64,000 nt of DNA from a virus. A model generated the notes under the pieces. It had not been told where the DNA came from. It saw only the letters and a program-made list of their open reading frames with translations, and did no database searches. The stretch lies in IMG/VR virus record IMGVR_UViG_3300045988_052780. One strand, 5' to 3'. The position numbers were made by a program, and so were the translations under genes. Shown here piece after piece: positions 59,551-64,000 of the stretch (within the stretch, counting starts at the first letter, position 1; every line of letters starts with the position of its first letter).

Positions 59551-60496
59551 GCTTAGTTCCATCTGGGAATACAAACTCACCAAATAAACCTTCAAAGTAA
59601 TTCTTATCAAAATAACTGATATTCCAGAATACTGATTGGAAGTTACGAGCAGCTGCTGGTTGATTGATTGAATATACAATCTGTTGGAACTTCTGTTCAA
59701 TAGTCTTATCAATATTTCTATGTTTATCAACCATCTCTTCTGGACGTTTCCAATAATCATCACCCCATTCTTTACGAGCGAAGTAATCGAAATACATTAG
59801 GAACTCACCAGTAGCTACTGCTCCAGCGAATTGTGAGCTGATAGCAAATACCAGATTAACAAACATACCGCAGAAGGAGTCCAGATTCTTAGGCTTGGCA
59901 GACAAACCTCCAATTGGCTGTAGCCCTTCAAGTAGGAACGGATACATAGTGATAGCCACGCAGTAGGGCATAATTGATGTTTCATCATGCTTGTAAAGTT
60001 CATGAGATTCCAGTTGTCTAATATACTCCTTAGCTAAATCTTCACCATATAACTGCCTAATTTTATCTGTAAGGATTGCTCTATTAACTTTAATTACATC
60101 ACCCTTAAACAACTCTCCATTTAAAGTTACTATATTCTTCTCAGTAACATTGGCATTAGCATCATATTTACTACCTGTAGCAGCATTAGATGCTTTGGCA
60201 TAATCTTTAATAAACTGCTTCTTCCCAGCTAATGCTCTGAGTTCAGCTTGTTTATGTCGATACAAAATGAATGCTTTAGCGACATCATAGTAATCACAAG
60301 CCATCAAAGCCTTTTCAATTTGATCTTGAAGCTCTTCTACTGATACTATGTTGTTAATATACAATTCATCTTTAATATCATCCAAAATATCGGAATCAAT
60401 TGGTTCGTTAACAGCATTGAACGCCTTAGTAATAGCCGCGTCAATCTTATTAATATCGAAAGGTTCTACTCTCTTATTTCTTTTAATTACTAACAT
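59369..60496 (-). CDS. nrdD: anaerobic ribonucleotide reductase NrdD, exon 1 (ATP-cone and N-terminal half; 3' end includes intron read-through)
   Basis: The N-terminal ATP cone is MLVIKRNKRVEPFDINKI. The gene is collinear with exons 2 and 3 and with nrdG downstream. Confidence 0.8.
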   Translation of the reverse strand: MLVIKRNKRVEPFDINKIDAAITKAFNAVNEPIDSDILDDIKDELYINNIVSVEELQDQIEKALMACDYYDVAKAFILYRHKQAELRALAGKKQFIKDYAKASNAATGSKYDANANVTEKNIVTLNGELFKGDVIKVNRAILTDKIRQLYGEDLAKEYIRQLESHELYKHDETSIMPYCVAITMYPFLLEGLQPIGGLSAKPKNLDSFCGMFVNLVFAISSQFAGAVATGEFLMYFDYFARKEWGDDYWKRPEEMVDKHRNIDKTIEQKFQQIVYSINQPAAARNFQSVFWNISYFDKNYFEGLFGEFVFPDGTKPIWDSLNWLQKKFMTWFNNERTKCILTFPWNFDGELKPLLIDLELLILGQQGASNVKCAA

Positions 60497-60501
60497 TCAA
60501 T

Positions 60502-61281
60502 TTAGAAGTTTAATATGTTTCTTAGTAATAGAGTCTTCTCTGCTCTATTCATCAAATCTTTGCCCTTGTCATTACTAATTAACTGAGTAAATGCATTATA
60601 CACAGTAAACATATCCACCTCATTACCCTCTCCTATATAATAGCTAGAATCAGGGTCTTCAAACATAGAACCATAAGCCTTAACAACAAGGTCTGTTCCT
60701 ATCTTTACGTCTCCATACCCACCATTATAGGTCATAGATATAGCGTTTCTAACCCATCTACCTAGATTAGAGTCTATATTACTTGGAGTTCCTTCCCATG
60801 TAGTATTATGTAAGGTGTCCAACATCAATTTAATATCACTGGTTTGTGATAAAAGGTGTTCAACAGCTTTATAATTGATGGGCTTCTCAGACTCTAAGTT
60901 CTGAACTTGCAAGAACTCTGGGTCAAAGACACATAAGTTTGTACATGCTCTATTAAGAGCGCCTCTATAAATCTTAGCTACTGGTTTACGGACATCTAAT
61001 CCATATACCATACCAATAACTTCATCGTGATTATCTATTCTGCAATTCTCTGGCATTACAGCTTGAATAAGTACACGATTATAAGTGATATCATCTGCAT
61101 TAACCTCTCCATCTGCTGTTCTAGTAACTTGCTTAGGAAGTTCTGCTTCCACTATAAAGTTACTAGTAAACTTATACATTCTTTCTAGAAAGGGTTCTAC
61201 ATAAGCAGCCGTAGGGAAGTAATTACGCTTCCCTATTCTGGTTGCTTTACCATTTAACAGTTGATCAATCGTCAGTTGCAT
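60502..61281 (-). CDS. hypothetical protein
   Basis: 259 aa with no motif. Confidence 0.4.
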   Translation of the reverse strand: MQLTIDQLLNGKATRIGKRNYFPTAAYVEPFLERMYKFTSNFIVEAELPKQVTRTADGEVNADDITYNRVLIQAVMPENCRIDNHDEVIGMVYGLDVRKPVAKIYRGALNRACTNLCVFDPEFLQVQNLESEKPINYKAVEHLLSQTSDIKLMLDTLHNTTWEGTPSNIDSNLGRWVRNAISMTYNGGYGDVKIGTDLVVKAYGSMFEDPDSSYYIGEGNEVDMFTVYNAFTQLISNDKGKDLMNRAEKTLLLRNILNF

Positions 61282-61934
61282 TATACACAGTACAATATCG
61301 GCTTTGGTAATTCTAGTAATCTAGCAGCATAATATACAGCTCTTAATGGATTCGCATTGTTGCCATCAAAAGGCATAGTATTATAATTAAAATAACCAAC
61401 GCCACATTTCTTAGCAATTGTATATAGTCTTACTAACAACTTAGTAGATTGCTTTTCTATTGGCTCGATATCCTTTAACAAAAGCTGATTTATCAAATAC
61501 TTTAGGGCTTCCGTGCAAGTAGCTCTGGTATCACCACCGCTAAATGTATGATTGTCTATCATAATTGCTCGCACAGTAACTCCACAAAATGCATCCTCAG
61601 CATACTTTACTTCACCACTCATCATTTCAATAGGAGTTCCCACCAATCCCTGTACAGGATGGACAGGTTTCTCTACATCTCTGTCATTAATGGTTATCTT
61701 ACTAGAATCTAGTTGCTTTGAGGCTTTAGAAATCATACTATCTTTAACAATAGTAGGAAAATCATCTATGTTAGTTTGGCCAGTTACTCTAAATCCAACA
61801 GCTGGCAAATTACTCATAAGATTATCCTCGGCTCGTTGAAAGTCTAGTTTACTTTGTTCTAACGCCTTAAAAGCATTTACATAGTCATCACAATTAGCTC
61901 TAAGAGCTATTACATCATCAATAGTTAAAGTCAT
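61281..61934 (-). CDS. hypothetical protein
   Basis: 217 aa with no motif. Confidence 0.4.
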   Translation of the reverse strand: MTLTIDDVIALRANCDDYVNAFKALEQSKLDFQRAEDNLMSNLPAVGFRVTGQTNIDDFPTIVKDSMISKASKQLDSSKITINDRDVEKPVHPVQGLVGTPIEMMSGEVKYAEDAFCGVTVRAIMIDNHTFSGGDTRATCTEALKYLINQLLLKDIEPIEKQSTKLLVRLYTIAKKCGVGYFNYNTMPFDGNNANPLRAVYYAARLLELPKPILYCV

Positions 61935-61942
61935 TGTTTACA

Positions 61943-63505
61943 TTATTGTAAGATAATTCGTCCATCTAACGTGTTCTTACCATCTACAATACTATAATCA
62001 CAGGATGCAAGAGTATTACCGAAGTTCTTGTGTATCCACTCAGAACTTCCAAATAATGAGCCTACAGACTTATAAGTAAATCTTCTACCATAGGTAGTAG
62101 CGGACTGATGCAAGTCTCCTTTTACAAAGACTACATTACCGGAGATTCCCCTATTATCTAGATACTCATTAATAAAATTCTCAGTCTTTACATCTAAGGT
62201 TAGCGGTAAATTCTTGAACATATCCTTGTTATCTTTACCATGACACATTACATAAGTAACGTCACCAAGTTTGAACTCTCCGATAAATTTATCAAATACT
62301 TGACACTTAATATCGAACTGTTCAAGTATAGCAGCCAATGCTATATTAGCAGCATATCCAAAATCACCGTCATGGTTGGATTCCCCAACGCAGTAATAAT
62401 ATAAATTGGAATGCTTAATCTCTTCCTGTATAGACTTAATAAAACTAGTCATTAGTTTTATATAAGTATGCAGTTGTTCCTTATTGCTCATATTTTGAGC
62501 TAGGTCATGTCCACCTCTAGTAGTCTGGCCATTATATCCATCTAGAGAGTCTCCAAGATTACAGATAACAATATTCTCAAATCCTCCACCTATATGATAG
62601 GCTTCTGTATATACTCTTTTAAGAATCATATCAAATCTTCTCTTCATCTCTTCCTCATTATAAGGATTTTGATAAATAGATTGTGGAGATACAGCTGCTC
62701 CAGTATGAATATCAGATAGCCAAATGATTAAGTCTTTACCATTGGTTATCATAGGTGCTTTGCCCCAATCATACAAATTATTAATGTCTAAACCTTCTAG
62801 AATATGTTTACCATCTTCAATCTTAGACTTTAATTCTGCATTCTCTAATGCATATTTCTTTAATAAGGATTCATTCTGTTTTATCCTTTGAGTTTCTATG
62901 CCTCTAAGAAAGTCATTCTCCTTCTCTCTTAGTTGCATAACTTGAAGCTGTTCAGGAGTATTCTCCTCTATGATATGAGGAGCAAATGGAGCTGAAGCCT
63001 TAGTAATATTAAACACTCTCAGAATCTTCTTGAAATCTTCCAATGAATATTCTGGGAAGCTACGGCTAACTTCTCTTTGCGTGATAGAAGAGCCATAATA
63101 TGAATACAATCTATAAATCATATTCATTTCATCACGTGTAAGTCTTCCGGCTAAAGGAGCTTTATCACGCAAAGGCACAGTAAATTCATAGGCAATAATC
63201 CTACCTTCTGTGTCTCTTATATACTGAATGGTTCCAGTACTAGTCTTTTCAGAGGTATTCTTGGCTTTGGATTTAGTAGTTCCAACATAACCTCGTTCTT
63301 TAATCTGTTTAAACAAATCCATGACAGTAGAATACTGTTCATTAGATACTTTGTTAGCCTCATAGTCAAACTCCAGTTGCTTACGCTTATTGCAGAAATA
63401 ATTCTGAGGAAGACCTGTCTTCTCAGCATAAGCATTCATACTGACGTTATCTTTAATTACGTTATGTAAGTGACTGATCAATTTGACTAGAGTTTCGTTT
63501 CTCAT
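61943..63505 (-). CDS. two-domain protein with a C-terminal calcineurin-like metallophosphoesterase domain (SbcD/Mre11-like?)
   Basis: The C-terminal half carries WLSDIHTG, NLGDSLDGY, GESNHDGDF, CHGKDN and GDLHQ. The N-terminal 250 aa are unassigned. Confidence 0.55.
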   Translation of the reverse strand: MRNETLVKLISHLHNVIKDNVSMNAYAEKTGLPQNYFCNKRKQLEFDYEANKVSNEQYSTVMDLFKQIKERGYVGTTKSKAKNTSEKTSTGTIQYIRDTEGRIIAYEFTVPLRDKAPLAGRLTRDEMNMIYRLYSYYGSSITQREVSRSFPEYSLEDFKKILRVFNITKASAPFAPHIIEENTPEQLQVMQLREKENDFLRGIETQRIKQNESLLKKYALENAELKSKIEDGKHILEGLDINNLYDWGKAPMITNGKDLIIWLSDIHTGAAVSPQSIYQNPYNEEEMKRRFDMILKRVYTEAYHIGGGFENIVICNLGDSLDGYNGQTTRGGHDLAQNMSNKEQLHTYIKLMTSFIKSIQEEIKHSNLYYYCVGESNHDGDFGYAANIALAAILEQFDIKCQVFDKFIGEFKLGDVTYVMCHGKDNKDMFKNLPLTLDVKTENFINEYLDNRGISGNVVFVKGDLHQSATTYGRRFTYKSVGSLFGSSEWIHKNFGNTLASCDYSIVDGKNTLDGRIILQ

Positions 63506-63650
63506 ATTACTGATGTAAATTAGATAGCCTTTCGGCCTTAATATAAAATTTCTAATCTCTTTGTTACTAAGTATCTATAAAGAATAAGGGGACTACCTTA
63601 TTAAACATAAGATAATCCCCTTGATATTTAAGGTCAATAGAAGTTATAAC

Positions 63651-63932
63651 TTATCCTTCAACCCCAAAGCAGATATATGTACCCATCTTAGCTGACTTAG
63701 ACGGAGTGTACTTAACTTCAAAAGCACCATCCTCACCTTCAACTACTGCCTTAATATACTTGCAATATACGTCACCAGTGTAGTCTTTCTTAGTGTACAG
63801 CTCCTTAGCTACTTCTTTAGCCTTAGTCTTAGTCTCGAAATTGATAAACAGTACTTCACCAGTTGCAGGATTAATACCTTGATAACCAGTCTTATACTTT
63901 CTCTTACCCTTCTCATTCTTAATGTCAATCAT
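63651..63932 (-). CDS. hypothetical small basic protein
   Basis: 93 aa. Another minus-strand ORF appears to end just upstream of this gene and runs off the window edge. Confidence 0.4.
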   Translation of the reverse strand: MIDIKNEKGKRKYKTGYQGINPATGEVLFINFETKTKAKEVAKELYTKKDYTGDVYCKYIKAVVEGEDGAFEVKYTPSKSAKMGTYICFGVEG

Positions 63933-64000
63933 AGTGTACGGACGCTCGCGAGTGTCAGCAGAACCTGCCTCAAACGTAATGGAACATCCAACACCAGCAG

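Noticed and set aside
59369-59560. C-terminal 50-60 codons of the nrdD exon 1 ORF as genuine NrdD sequence
   Set aside because: Group I P, Q and R-like elements overlap this stretch, and the ORF stop (TGA) lies inside the R element. The tail is therefore more likely intron read-through. The true 5' splice site could not be pinpointed.
1-64000. CRISPR arrays, tandem direct repeats, rRNA or tRNA genes
   Set aside because: No spaced direct repeats or long non-coding structured segments were seen apart from the introns. Coding density is near-complete on the relevant strand. Cannot exclude a small tRNA without a covariance scan.

Overview
AT-rich (about 33% GC) fragment of a large double-stranded DNA phage genome, organised as two convergent transcription blocks that meet at a shared hairpin terminator near 28.1 kb. 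The plus-strand block (1-28109) holds a run of giant genes, likely virion or ejected 'cargo' proteins. One is 2927 aa with an embedded Dda/RecD-like SF1B helicase domain. Another is a roughly 3240 aa protein whose gene is split by a group I intron carrying a LAGLIDADG homing endonuclease. These are followed by 809 aa and about 1524 aa proteins. The minus-strand block (28166-64000) is a dense replication and nucleotide-metabolism module. It includes family A DNA polymerase, a Dda helicase, ATP-dependent DNA ligase, dUTPase, ThyX, dNMP kinase, and anaerobic ribonucleotide reductase NrdD/NrdG. The nrdD gene appears to be broken into three exons by two group I introns carrying HNH-AP2 and GIY-YIG endonucleases. 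Also present are a T4-like tRNA-repair set (Pnk, RNA ligase, a minimal CCA/polyA-type nucleotidyltransferase, HAD phosphatase, CYTH) and three metallophosphoesterases. There is a contiguous four-gene Preiss-Handler NAD+ salvage operon (pncA, pncB, nadD, nadE) flanked by Nudix and possible SLOG-like genes. This operon is the best candidate for an under-described phage NAD+-reconstitution counter-defence system. No tRNA, rRNA or CRISPR features were recognised by eye. Several starts in the ORF track are non-ATG (TTG/GTG) and were adjusted where the sequence supports it.
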